The notes below the pieces were generated by a model. That model saw only the letters and a list, made by a program, of their open reading frames with translations, did no database searches and was not told where the DNA came from. A DNA stretch of 62,915 nucleotides, the filler included, from Atractiella rhizophila (taxonomy: Eukaryota): NCBI GenBank assembly GCA_021432655.1. It is 3 parts of 3 records of this genome, joined end to end, with 100 filler letters (N's around TTAATTAATTAA, not from the genome) between each part and the next. Parts side by side here need not be neighbours in the genome. Positions count along the whole stretch, not along the records: positions 18,904 to 48,366 come from MU271319.1; 2 more parts are not named here. One strand, written 5' to 3'. This document shows, one piece after another, positions 26,753-39,526 of the stretch. Each line of letters begins with the position of its first letter. Position 1 is the stretch's first letter. Both the position numbers and the translations under genes were made by a program.

Positions 26753-27133
26753 TGTGGTTCAATTTGCTGTTAATGGATGAGGGTGTGGATGAAGTGATGG
26801 ATTGTTCAAGTGGGCGACGAGGAAGAACATCCCCTTTTATGTGAATGTGATGCCTCGAATAGAAATCCATCAGACGCGTCTTGACGTGGTCTCTCTGACG
26901 TCAACCATTCCCAACTCCCACGCCGCATTTCTCGGAACGTCCCGATCGGTTAACTAGTAGAGCATAGTGGAGCGGCAGACTCCGCTTTCCCGCTTCCTCA
27001 ATTCTCGGAGCTCGGACTTTCCTCCTTCCCGACTGCTGACACGACGACGAACTCCTCCGCTTACTGTTGGCACAACGAATAATAACGCTCGCTACGAACT
27101 CCGGCTAGTTCCAGCTCTTCCCTAATTCCCAAC

Positions 27134-28121
27134 ATGCCGCTCCCCTCAGGTCCTTGGTACGCCGCTTCCCTCCCTACCTCCATTCCATCCACAGGCAAAA
27201 CTCACGACCTCCTCCGCTTCTGCTGCTTTTGTGCTCGGGTCATGTGATGCGTTTGCAGGCGTAATATCGATACGAACTCGTTGAAGAACACCTCGGAGCT
27301 GTTCGAGAACAACAATTCGTCCACTTTTGATTTTTTGGAGTTGTCCAAGACACAGAGGATATATGGATTCGTCGGTTGGTCCGTCTTCTCCTTCCCTATT
27401 TTATTTGTTCGTTTAGTGTAATGGGAACGGTGTTGATTGGAACTTTCTCCTTTGTCGTTGTGTGTGCCCTGTGTGTCCACTGTGGTTGGAATACAGTGTC
27501 GCGGCCGGTTTCGCAATCTCCATCGTAGGAGGTATCCTCTTCACAACAGGGAACGTCACCTCTTTCGCCCGTTCGTCTCTCTTCCCCTTCTCACCGTTCG
27601 TCCATTCATGAATTGAGCCAACAGTGCTCTACACCATCGGAGTCCTCGTCTCCCTCGTGGGCACAGGCTTCCTCATCGGCGTGCGTCCATTTCCTTGTCG
27701 CTCTCGAGCTCTAATGTGTATCTGTGACATCGTGGAATCAAGTTTAAGCGCCAATTGGAGCTCATGTTCAAACCCGTCCGACTCATAGCCACCATCGTCT
27801 TCGTATGTCTCTCTCCCTCCCATTCCCTCCTTCACCTTTAAGCATGTGCTGAGCGAGTGGTTGATTGGTTTGTGCTAGATCTCATCGATAGTCCTCGTCT
27901 TCATCTCCGCCTACGTGATAGGATCCGACGCCCTCGTTCTCGTCCGTCTCCTTCCTCCTTCCCACTCTTCTCCTTTCTAACTGACTTCTTTACTGTGTTA
28001 CTCTGCGGATGGATGATAGGTGTTCGCGGTAACGACATACCTTGCGTACATATGGTACTCTCTCTCATACATTCCGTTCGCGAGGGATCTCGTGAAGAGG
28101 ATGGCCGGGGCTATCTTTTAG
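27134..28121 (+). CDS. SFT2: SFT2-like vesicle transport membrane protein
   Basis: LSKTQRIYGF, FAVLYTIG, TGFLIGFKRQLELMFKPVR, WYSLSYIPFAR. Many short exons. The start is uncertain. Confidence 0.85.
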
Positions 28122-28250
28122 GTGTGCGGTTGGATGGTGGGAGGAAAATGTACCAGTACTTCATTTTACTTTGTTTGCTGTCACTCTGCAATCTTATGTC
28201 GCTCCGAGGATTGTTTCCATATTCCTTTCTTCTGGCGCTGAAGGTACGGT

Positions 28251-31200
28251 TAGGGCTTTGCACCGTCACCGTCAATGCGGCTGACGGGTCCGGGACGGAC
28301 GGCTTTTTGGCCCCCCCGTCCCGTCACCGTCACAGCTTGCTTTCTGTTGATGACGGACGGGGTTGTTGACGGGATTGTCCCGTCCGTCCCTTCCTGGAGC
28401 CTGTTCTGGAACGGTTTTAACGGGTGAGACGGTCGAAAGGTGAAAGTAGAGAGGAGGTGAAATGGGCTGAGTTTCCGTGTCCGTGAGTAGTTCGTGTTCC
28501 CGTTCCGGGTCTTTGGACAAAGCATTCCATGCATCCACCATCCAGCCTTCCATCCTGATTCCAGTCATTGCAACAGAGCTCCAACATTGTCATGAAGCAA
28601 GCGACGAAGTTCTCTCATCCTGTACTTGGAGTGGCCTCAGTTACCTTGATTCTTCCATACTGCGCCACCATCAACGTTCCCTTCCATTGCAATCACCACG
28701 ATTCACGACGGTTCATGTTCGTTAGCATTGTGCTGGCAATGGTTTGTGAGGTGAGTCCTTTGGTTCTTTGAGGACATGAGGGTCCATCATGGGTACTGCC
28801 GCTGCATGATGGTCTTGGAGCCAGAGACCCAAAAGTTACTGTCAAAGTCTCGCTGCTTTTGCAACTCTCCTGTATAAAAGCAGCCTGCCTTTTCAAGCTT
28901 TCCTCAATCAGAAAAATGGCAGAAAATAATCCCAACATTCGTAAAAGCATTCGGGCGAAAAAACCTGTTGACTTGGAGGCTAGGAATAATGAAAATGCGA
29001 CCGCTCTATCTCAACGCAATCAGGGGGCTGCTTTGCATGCAAAGTATGCTTTTTTTTGTTTTCATTCAATTTTAGTTGTGCTAAACGGATGTGCAAGGCT
29101 TCTAAAGGAGGCAAAAAGAAATGGATACGCTGCTACGAAGTATCTCCTGTCCGAAGGAGACAATCTCAGCAAGAGTTTGCTGAAGCTTTCGGTATGTCGT
29201 GTCCTTTTGTTATAGATGTCCTACATTTGCTAAATTTCAGATCAGGATGAAAATGCTACCCTGCCTATTGTCGTTCAGCTCCTCCTCGATATCGCTGTGA
29301 AAACGACTGCGGACAAGAACCAACCTCTCGATGACGATGACGAGTTCACCCAGTTCGGCAAGAAGAGCAAAGAGTTCACTGTGGACGACATTGGCGGCTC
29401 GGCGGGTGTCAAGATCTTCAGCAAGCTCTGGTCTTCGCTTTGGAACCAACTTGGTCGCTTTCCGCTCATCTCGGAACAGCGTTTGTGCCAGCTACATATC
29501 GTCAGAGCAGCTGTTGTCCACTTGCTCATCCAAGCTGGAGAACTCGACGATCCCATGCAAGATGCCCAAGATTTAGACTACCTACCTCCGGCTGCTGAGG
29601 AGAGGCTGAGCATGGAGCCAGAGGAGGAGATAAGCGATGAAGGAGAGAGAGAGATGAACCGAGCTGCCGCAGATGCATTGAAGGAGATGCGGAAAGGGGA
29701 TGGCGGGAACGGAAAGACTAGGAGTCAGAGGAAGAGGGAGAAGGGGAAGGATAAGAAGAAAAAGCGGAAGAGTACTGCTGTTGAAACAGTAGAGGTGAGT
29801 GATTCTTTTGCTGCCTTGACTCTGTGGCTCAAGGGATACCGTTGCAGGTGTGTACGGATGAAGAAAATTCAACTGTGAATGAAGAGACAAATGGAGACGG
29901 AAAACGGAAGGTATGCTATGTGCCTGTGCTCTTCTACCCACCTGGTGCTGATGCCATGACACTGTGTGCAGAGAATCGGAGTCGTACGAGGGAAAGCAAC
30001 CATCAAATTTTGCTACGAGGCTATTCAAGATCCTTCTAAACTTGCCAAGACCAGTCTCTCGCTTAGCTTCGGTGACGGTGCAAAGCTCCAGCCTGGCGAC
30101 CGCGTTTTCCAATGCCACAAATGCAAGCGACTCCTCCGTCAAACACCGGCACAAAAGTACAACTATGACGGTCTCATCAGGCACTGGTCCAGCCATGGTT
30201 CTGCTTACCAGACCTGCTTCACGCACCTTTGTGAAGTTAAACCCGGTGAACCCTTCAACGAGCTTGATTTATCCTTTGCGAAAGGGAACATGACTCCCGG
30301 AGACTACAGTCGGGAGAGGGGACTCAACACCCCTATTCCTGCATGGGCGCAACCGAAGCAAGTTGTCTCGAAGATGACTCGCAAAGGAGATCAGGCATGC
30401 ACCCATCTGCTTAATCCATGCCGAGAAGGCTGATCCGATATTTGTTTTGGAAACAGGCGGTCGACCCAGAACGGCTGAAGTATCTTATCTCCAGATGGAC
30501 TGCATCCTCTGCTCAATCGTTCACGGAAGTTGACTGTCCCGAACTTCGTGACTTGCTCACATATATTCACGGTACTCCACTCTCAATTCCGAGCTCTTGG
30601 ACCATCCGAAGAACAGCTCTCGAATGTGCGGCTCACCTCACCGCAAATCTTTCCTTCTTTTTCAAGGTATGTGCTTTCTGTTTTTGAGACACACCTCTGA
30701 GCACGGGATGATAGGACCAAATTGGTGATGGCGAGATCGCACTGTCTATTGACAGTTGGACATCGAGCAATCTCATCGCTTTTCATGCAATCTGTGCACA
30801 CTTCGTTGATAAGGAAGGACACCTTGTTAATGCTCTGCTGGATTTTGTTGAGCTGAAGGGAAAACATTCGGGGGAGAGAATGGCAAAAGTGGTCTACGGA
30901 GTGCTCAAGAAGCATGGATTGTTGGGAAAGGTAGCCTTTTCTGATATCCACTGTGAATGTTGCTGAATAATCTTGCTTTTAGATCTCGATTATAATGTCG
31001 GATAATGCGACTTCAAATGATACGATGATGGCCATGCTGGAGGATCTCTTCAATGCTGACAACATCGATTTCCCCGTAAACGAACGACGAGGCAGATGTC
31101 TCCCCCACATCATCCATCTTGCCGCCTTGTCTCTGTTGAATGCACTCGGTGCATGGCCAGCATCCACAAAAGCTGGCCGCGACGTCACTCCCAAGAACCC

Positions 31201-33001
31201 TCCCGAGTCCAGTGGCATTCCTCCTCAAGTTTCCGATGATAACAACAAACCCCCTCCTCTTGTTCCCATCGATGACGACGATGAATCCGCATTGCCGTAT
31301 CAGTGTCAGCTCGCAACCCTGCTTAATGCAGATGGGACTGTTTTCGTGGAAGAAGATCCCAAACTGGATGAAATGATGGATGGAATGGGATTGGGTGACA
31401 ACATAACGTCAGACATGAATGCTGATGTTGGAACGGCTATCCAGCGGGTAAGTTTCCTCTTGCTTTCTCCCTGTTAACATTGAACTGATGGATTGACAGC
31501 TCCGAGCGATCGTAAAATGTGCTCGCTCATCACCGCAGAAGAAGGAGATGTGGTTCAAGCTCCTCGGTCCCACCTTAGTCGAGAGTGAAGAGTCCGAAAA
31601 AGTTCTTATCCTTGACGTTCAAACGCGGTGGTCCTCAACTTGCAGCATGCTGCAGCGCGCGCTTCTCTTTCGCTCCGCCGTCGACCACTTTGCTCAATAT
31701 TACTCCCAAGATCTGAAAGGTGTGCGGTTGAGTGAGGAAGACTGGGATGCAATCAAGCTCGTCTTATCGTGGTTGGAGGAGTTTGCCGAAGTAACTGCTC
31801 TTATGTCTTCGGCCTCCGATGTCACCATCAGCAGCGTTGTTCTGCTATTCCTCAGCTTATTTGAAAAGTTGGAAGAGGCCTTTGCCTCTCTGCCACTCCG
31901 GACTCCGAAAAAGGTAAAGGATGGGCTCTCCAAGGCACATCAAAAGTTGGCAAAGTATTATGATAAATCTGATGCTTTCCCGTACTACTTTTGGGCTATT
32001 TGTGAGCTCTATCTTTCTTCCACATTCTTCTCATCCGGCTGCATATGTCTGTTTGCTGATTTGGATGGAGGGAATAGTACTCGACCCTAATGCTGGTCCT
32101 GCAACTTTGGAGGATCCGCGTTACGCTTTCGATCCCTTCTGGGTGGAGCATGCCAAGGACAACCTGAAGAGGAAGTTCGACAGCGACTACGGCCACTTAA
32201 CCCCACCACTCGCAACTCCTATCTCTGTGAAGGTCAACAACTCAAAGCCCGCATTGAGTGCACAGCAGAAGCTCAATGAGCGGATCGGTCGCCAAAACAA
32301 CGTTCAGACAGCAGCGTCGCCAACGCATATCCTCGATCGCTACTGGAAGCATATCCGCAAACTGCAAGATCCCGATGACGGAGAGCCTGATGTCGGCAGC
32401 TTGGATCCTCTCCAGTGGTGGCAAGCACAGGTTGCGGGTGGTAGATTCCAAGCTCTGGTCCCTTTAGTGCGAAGTGTGCTTTGCGTCCCTGGTGAGTCCT
32501 TTCTTATTTTCCATTCTTGCTTTGATGTTAATATCGCATTGTGATGGCAGCATCTGCAGTAGCTGTTGAACGGAGTGTTTTCCTCTGGCAGAGATGTCAT
32601 CTCATTGCGCCGAGCTTCCCTGAAGGCCGAAACAATCCAAAAACTCATGATGTTACGCTCTTGGTGGATGTTAGATAGGAAGAAGAACGGGGGTTTGTCT
32701 TGGCTGTTTGAACCTGTCAAGTTGTCTTCTTCTTCGAAGGATTTTGTTATGAACATTGATAGTGACTAGTGCTTCATTCAAGCTTGCTTGCTCATGTAGT
32801 CTACATACGCCAACTGACGATTAATCCACACCGTCATCACCATCCAACCCGTCCGCCAACCGCTTTTTTTCACCCGTCAACCGCACCGTCACCGTCAGAG
32901 GTGGTTTGTTGCTGATGACGGTGCGGGTGACGGTGCGGGTTCACCCGTCCCGTCACCGTCCCAGCCCAAAAAATCGACGGACGGGACGGTGCAAAGCCCT
33001 A
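28251..33001 (+). mobile_element. Full-length hAT DNA transposon (4751 bp)
   Basis: 17-bp perfect TIR TAGGGCTTTGCACCGTC. 8-bp TSD GGTACGGT at 28243-28250 and 33002-33009. CCGTC/GACGG subterminal repeats. Confidence 0.96.
28916..32769 (+). CDS. hAT transposase (multi-exon, apparent +1 shift near 32575)
   Basis: BED-like CHKC...RHWSSH, DCWTS, SDNATSND, RCLPHIIHL, DVQTRWSST, dimerisation domain DPLQWW...SAVAVER-VFSSGR. Confidence 0.88.
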
Positions 33002-33217
33002 GGTACGGTGCAGTAGCGATTGAAGTAACTTCAAATCTAAGATGGTAAAGTGCTTTTGATCCAAATGGGTGCACGACCATTGGACGGTTAGGAAAGTGAA
33101 TACCCCCTCTGTTTCTTGTATTTCCTTTGATGGCGACGAGCCAACTCGTTGTGAAATATATGCCAGCATCTCAGGGAGGTGTAGTACAAGAAAGTTCAAG
33201 TGAAAAGAGGGCCGTCC

Positions 33218-33619
33218 TTAGAGCCTGGCTCCCACCAAAGAAATGCTGTCAGCGCGTTGTAAGTGAAAGATGATGAAGCACTCACGATTTCAACAATCCT
33301 CACAGCTGTTTAAGAAGTCAGCGCGTGGACTGTTAGTGTCTATAGTCATCAAAAGGAACTTACAGAACCAGTTTGCAAGATTGCATAAGTCGCATATGGT
33401 AGATTTTAACAATTATTCATACTCATCGAATCCTCGCTGTGAAGAGCTAAACGTCAGACTAGCTACTCCGTAACGAAAAGCTGGAAATGTTCCCAACCAG
33501 TCATTCTCCCCGTATACGAAGGCTTATGCGTCATAAACACCCTCCTAGATGACAGCCAAAACTCCCTCCTTCTCGTCATTGTGCTTCCGCAACTCTTCCA
33601 TCGTGAAGTTCCTCGCCAT
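33218..33619 (-). pseudogene. Internally deleted relic of the cytochrome b5-acyl-CoA dehydrogenase gene
   Basis: 5' end MARNFTMEELRKHNDEKEG and 3' end GARL* resemble the ends of 35518-38127 but lie only ~400 bp apart. Confidence 0.75.
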
Positions 33620-34402
33620 TGTTCAACTCATTGTGGTTTAATGTGATTCTGAAAAAAATCCTTCTAAACGGTCGCGGAGTCGTGTTGACTGTTGGCATAG
33701 GTTGGCGAAATGTCAGACTGGGAGCTGCACGTTAATAATGAATGAAATGCGGATGCGAAATGGATGCTGAAAGACCAATGAGCGCATTTGTTTGTCGCTG
33801 ATGTGCACAGCAAACTGCGGTTAGCGAGCAACCTGAGACAAGATTAGGTTAATCACTCGTTAAGAGCTGACCCTGAGACTTCCTTCGATTACCAGTACCA
33901 GTAATTCGTAGATAAAAGAGCGCCAGTATCACAATGTTTCTGATATCCACTTGTGTCTGCTCGCAATTAGCATCCCGTTCTACCAAGTCCAATTGGTACC
34001 TTCCCAACTCGCACAACTCGGACCCCACAGCCCTTGTTGTGCCTTGAGCTTTCACCTCATATCCTCGCAAGCTTGAAGGTCAGCTCCATCAGTCATCGTC
34101 TGTCCCTCAATGGATTCGAGAATTTCGGGTGTTCAAACCAATTTATGGAAGAACCAAAGGCCAGTTGTTCTATCAGTCTCGTAAGGAACGGATATTGACA
34201 GGAATTCATCATAGGAATGAAGTAGGTGGGTTGCGCGCTGCGCCAAAGGTTCTTGGTTTTCGAGGTAAGCGCTCTGTAATACTTAAGTTTTGGAACTGAC
34301 CACTGCAGACGCTGACACTTCGTCTCAATGGTTCTATCTCCCCTCACTCATAAGTAATGTCTTATGATTAATGATCTTACCGTTAGCTCCGTCAATCTAG
34401 CC

Positions 34403-35009
34403 ATGGAAGGAACTGAAGCTGCCAACAACAACTGCTCTCCAGACGTCAGAGTGAGTTTCCAGTATCTGAAGATTCGAGCTTATGTATTCGTAGGACATAC
34501 ACCTCGAGTGGAAGCCACATTCGCCGTCCATGCCAAGCAACGTGCTTCAGAGTCAGACTGCTGCTCGTGTTAAACTTTCGCATTACCTCACTATCCTTGC
34601 GGCTACAATTGGATTAGTTCTCGCTTTAGTCGCGACACAAGACGCACGAAGGTTCTTCTGGTTTTCGATTGCCTCCTTGTTACTCACCACCAGCGTCGCA
34701 TGCGTCGACATTGCCTCACGTTATCGTTCCTGTTTGTCCCTTTCTCTGCTTTCTTTACGCTCAAAATAGTCTGATGCCACCCTTCCAATAGCTGTGGAGC
34801 CATCTCCTCCAGAAGCCGCAGACGGATTCGTCCCCTGGCTTTTATTCTGGAGTGTTCAGAATTTCATCGCCTTTTTTCACGGGACTTACGACTTTGAAGA
34901 ATACAAATCAGTGTTGTGGTCCTTGCCAGTCATTACCGGCGCTTGGTTCATAGCGGAAATCGTGATAATTGTTCGTCAGAACAGAAGAGGCCAGATACTT
35001 GCGGTGTGA
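34403..35009 (+). CDS. Small multi-TM membrane protein, copy A
   Basis: LAATIGLVLALVATQDARRFFWF, DGFVPWLLFW, WFIAEIVIIVRQ. Two introns. Paralogs at 43336 and 45451. The start is uncertain. Confidence 0.55.
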
Positions 35010-35517
35010 TGACAGTTAAAAGGAGGAGGATCGGCTCTCCTGAAGATACTGCGTGGTTCGCGAACAGTAGCAGAATATTGTTGTTATTGTATCGTGATGT
35101 GATTCTCTCGTTCTAGTACTACTAATCATTCTTTCTTGTGATTTCGTCTTGGATTTGTATTCGTAATGAATCTCGATGAGCGCGGATGTAGGTTGCAACC
35201 AACCAACTCTAACCTACCCGTATGCTGCCACTATTCCTAACCCTATGTATGGAGGCGATCACTTGAGGACATCACTCAGTCGTCTTTCTTTTCACTGGGA
35301 TTTCTCCATCAGCACCTCTCAGCACAGCTTAGTAATTCGTGCACCACCATTGGAGGGTTAGGAAAGGAATAAAAGCGCAAACACAGCCTCTGTTTCCTTC
35401 TATTTTCTCTGGCGACGACAAGCCGGCTTGGTGTGAAATATACGCCAACATTTCAGGAAGAATGCCGAATATAATACAAGAAATGTAACGTAAAACAGCT
35501 TCACTTTCTGTCGGTGC

Positions 35518-38127
35518 TTAGAGCTTGGCTCCCATCTAATAAAATGGTCAGAGATACTAAAATGGATGAAGCTGCAGGCCTCACGATTTCAGCTATCTTG
35601 ACCGCTGTGATACCGAAGAACGTGGATCAGTCTATGGTACAAGACGGACAGAAGGGGAGGCAAAGCGTACCTTGCCTCATTCCGAGATCCAGCATGATTT
35701 CCTCAGACCTGCAAAGAAGACATAATCAATATCCGCTTCATTCAGGCTGAAAGCAAGGAAGACTAACCCTCCAGGAATGGCGTATGCTCTCACTAAGCAC
35801 ACCAGCAATAAATGAGCTCCCTTCCTCCCGTTCCCTTAAACGATATATGAAAACGCACCTTCACGATACAGCCTCTCCACCTTCTCTCCCTGCCCACCTC
35901 TCGTATAAGCCAATCCACCGAAAATCTGTGCGGCTGGATATATCCCTTTCTTAGTATTGCCTAGGAGATAGGATGAGAAAACATACCTTCACGAGCGCAG
36001 TACTCAAAGGTATCCGTCGATTGAGCCTTGACGAGCGCAATGGGTCCGCCGCCCCGAAGCATTAGCGTGTCCTCGTCGTAAGTGTTCGCTTGGTACACGA
36101 GCGTTTCTATCCATGCGTGCGTGCTCTGTTCCCCATCACATAAACATCGTCACCCCAACCCCCGACCAAACCCGAGGTGGAAAGAAAAGAAAGAAGGGGA
36201 GGGTATCACAAACCTCAATCTTACGAGCCATATGCGCCATCTTATTCCTGATCACTGGATGATCCCTCAAGAGCACACCGAACGTCTTCCGCTTGCTGGC
36301 ATACTTGATTGATTCTTCTAAACAAACGCGGGCGAAACGGTTGGCCTGGATCGCGATCCCCATCCTGCCGTTTGCGATATCAAGAATAATTCATTCAGAA
36401 GAGGAAGATGGGATGTACCGCTCGGTGTTGAAGTTGGACATGATGAGTTGGAATCCTTTGTTTTCCTTCCCAATCAAGTTCTCCACGGGCACTTTTACAT
36501 CCCTTCGAACCGAAGTTAGTTCCTCCATCATAGCAGGATGGAAAGACGTACTCGAAAGTGATGTATGTTGTGCCGGAGGACCATACACCGGAACAATCCA
36601 TCTTCCTCGTCTATCGAATATGATTACGTTCGGTACTGTGGTCATCGATTTTGTGCTCACCTTTACTCCAGGCATATCCTTCTCGATGAGGAGGAGAGAG
36701 ATCCCTCCGAATCCTTTCCCTCCTGTCCGGACAGCGGTGGTGAAGTCTTTAAACGTCGATTAACGTCCTTATACCGTTTCAACTAGATGTGGAGTACGCA
36801 CAATCACAGTAGATACCTGATAACCTTCATCAACTCGTGCCCACTTCATAGAGAGAGACGAACCGTTAGTGATCCACTTCTTCTCTCCATTAACAATGTA
36901 ATGTTTCCCATCCTTCGTCTTCACCGCCGTCGTTGTCAAATTCGCCACGTCCGATCCACCAGCCGGTTCCGTGATGGCGAGACATATTCTCTTCTCGGCC
37001 TTCACGCACGGGGGCACGACACGCGCCTTCATCTCGTCCGTCCCAAAGCGTATCACAGGCGGAAGACCGATCCCAATACCTCCACAGAGACCCCAGAGGA
37101 TGCCTCCGCTCCCAGTGCGGGAGAGCTCGTCGACCACGATCAGATTGTGGAAGCCATCCCATTCGTCTATTTTCACTCCACCTGGTGGAGAAAGGCCGCC
37201 GTCGTATCTGTATGTTTGACCCTCAAGTTAGGGGTCGATTCGGTTTACCCATTGACGAGATGAAGTGAGAGAGATGGACGAACCCCACAGGCCAGTGTCC
37301 CGTCACGCTGGCGAGGATTCCTGCGTCCCCTACCTTCTTGTACACCTCCAAAGGGATCTCTTTAGCCTCGTCCCACTCGTGCACGTACGGCATGATCTCT
37401 TTGTCCACGAACTTGCGCATGAAGGATCGCAACCGCTTGTGCGAGTCGTTGTAGTAGGGGGAGGACCAGTCTTGGTACCAGAAGGGGTCGCCAAATGGAA
37501 CTGTGTAGATACAATCAGAAAAATGAGCGAAGGACGGAGGAGGACGAACCCAGGTCACCGAAATAAGTGCCGTCACCTTCTTCCTCTTCCTCCGCTGATG
37601 CTTCTCCTTCACTCGCCTTCGCTCCTCCAACTGTGTGGATGTAGCATAAACATCCGTTCCTTTGACAGAAGAAAGGTGGACGTACTAGTCCCAATCTTCA
37701 ATGGACCGCCCTGCTTCTCCAAAATAGCCTTGTTGTGGAACTTCCAGAACTCCTCAGACGAGTCTTTGCCGCTAGACCGGAGCAGGATCTTCTTTCCACC
37801 TGGATGCTCAGAGAGGAAGGAGGTCCTGGATGGTAATAATGTCAAAGTTAGCTCGTTGGCAACCGTAGGGAACACTTTTCAGCTCAAATGTACGAGATTG
37901 CACAACTGCCCAGCAGAAGTCGGGTGTGCAGATTCACAAGTAATGCTCCTCCCCTGGCGACAAAAGACGTATTCCATAGAAAGCTTGAAGTGTTCACAAC
38001 CATCCCCCTCCTTTTGAGCGAAGAGAAAAGCTTACACGTCATAAACACCTCCGTCAATGACGATCCAAACCCCTTCCTTCTCATTGTTATGCTTCTCAAC
38101 CTCCTCGATCGTGAAACTCTTCGCCAT
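35518..38127 (-). CDS. Acyl-CoA dehydrogenase with N-terminal cytochrome b5 domain, probably peroxisomal
   Basis: [19 protein letters not shown] (b5). [45 protein letters not shown]-terminal AKL* is a PTS1 signal. A few single-base shifts. Confidence 0.93.
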
Positions 38128-38364
38128 TTCTCAACTCTTCGTGGCTTATTTAATTCTGTATGGAGATTCTTCTAAGCGGTCGCGTAGTCGTTTGGCAGAG
38201 TGGAGGAAGCTGACAGGGGAAGCTGGATCTTATGTGCAAGCCAGCAAGTTGGTTGAAAGTGGGGGAGGTTGCCGAAATTACCGTGGACGAAGAGGGCGGG
38301 GTTTGGAAGGGTTTGTATTACCGGCCATTCCGCCGAAATGCGTTTGCAACTTTGGGTCGGGGGG

Positions 38365-38425
38365 AACATAAACCACCATCTCCAACATAAACCACCATCT
38401 CCAACATAAACCACCATCTCCAACA
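38365..38425 (+). repeat. 3.2 x 19-bp tandem repeat AACATAAACCACCATCTCC
   Basis: Exact copies at 38365, 38384 and 38403. Confidence 0.97.
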
Positions 38426-38459
38426 AAAAACTCCCTATCTTATCCTTCTATAATTCATC

Positions 38460-39526
38460 ATGGCGGCGAGTGGTGGCGCTCGTCCAATATCCTTATCTAA
38501 CTTACAAAGCGCTGGTGGCGGTGGCGGTGGTGAAGGAGTGTTTGGGATTATGGAGGGTGTCGGTCCGGAATCTTCGAGTGTAGCGGGTGGAAGTGTTCGA
38601 GATGGGAATCAGGGAGAGGAGCATGCGCCCCTCCCATCGCTGATTGGTGCGTCCCCTCGAAAGAAAGCGAAAACCCAGAAGAGGAAGGCCGCAATGAGTG
38701 GTGAGGAGCTGGAGCTTCTGGAGATGGGAAGGAGCAGTTTACCTCGCTAGATGCTGATAGGCAATGGGATTTATTCTCTGAACTATTGGCACATGTGAAG
38801 TCCCTGACGAAGGATGTTGAGGAAATGAAGGTGTCGCAGAAGAAGCTGATGGAGAGGAACAACGAGTTGACAGCGGCAGCAACAGCTCATTCCCCTCCGT
38901 CTCAACCTCGTCCTCCCCTCGCCCCATCTTCAACCCCCGCTGAGAGGCCTACCTACGCTGCTATTGCGCAAGCTCACCTCCAGACTATCCCCGTCCACGA
39001 CCACGAACGCGCCCAATCCCTGCTCGATGAGTTACGCCCCCTCCCTACCCCGCGCAGACCCTCTCCAAACCCTTCCTCTCCTACGCTCTCAGCCGACAAA
39101 CTCGAACCTGTGTACGTCAAACTCAGATGGTCGGCCTACAGGAAGGTCAGAGAGACTTTCCGAGCGCTTCAAGATAGGACGGTCAACATTGCTCACCTTT
39201 CTTGGGTTGGAAAGGACACCCTGGAAGTCCTACTTGATCAGTCCTACTCGCAGACCTTTCGGGAGATTATGCTGGCGAGCAAAGTCTCCATTGTCTCGGA
39301 CTATGACCCTAGCAAGCCGCACAACCCTGAAGCTCCTCAGGATGTTGTCAACCGCATTCGTAAAGACTGGCTAGCCCGTCTTCACAAGATCACAGAGCTG
39401 GACTCCTCTGCCAGCCCCGCTACGAAGGAATACTTCTCGCATCTGCTCCGCTTGGACGGAGGCGAGGTTCCTGTTGTGAACGAGATGGACGTAGATGCGA
39501 CACTGGCTGTCGACGGCCGCTTATGA
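38460..39526 (+). CDS. LINE ORF1 (one frameshift near 38728)
   Basis: Basic patch PRKKAKTQKRK, coiled coil, TYAAIA motif. Its stop overlaps the ORF2 start (ATGA). Confidence 0.7.
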
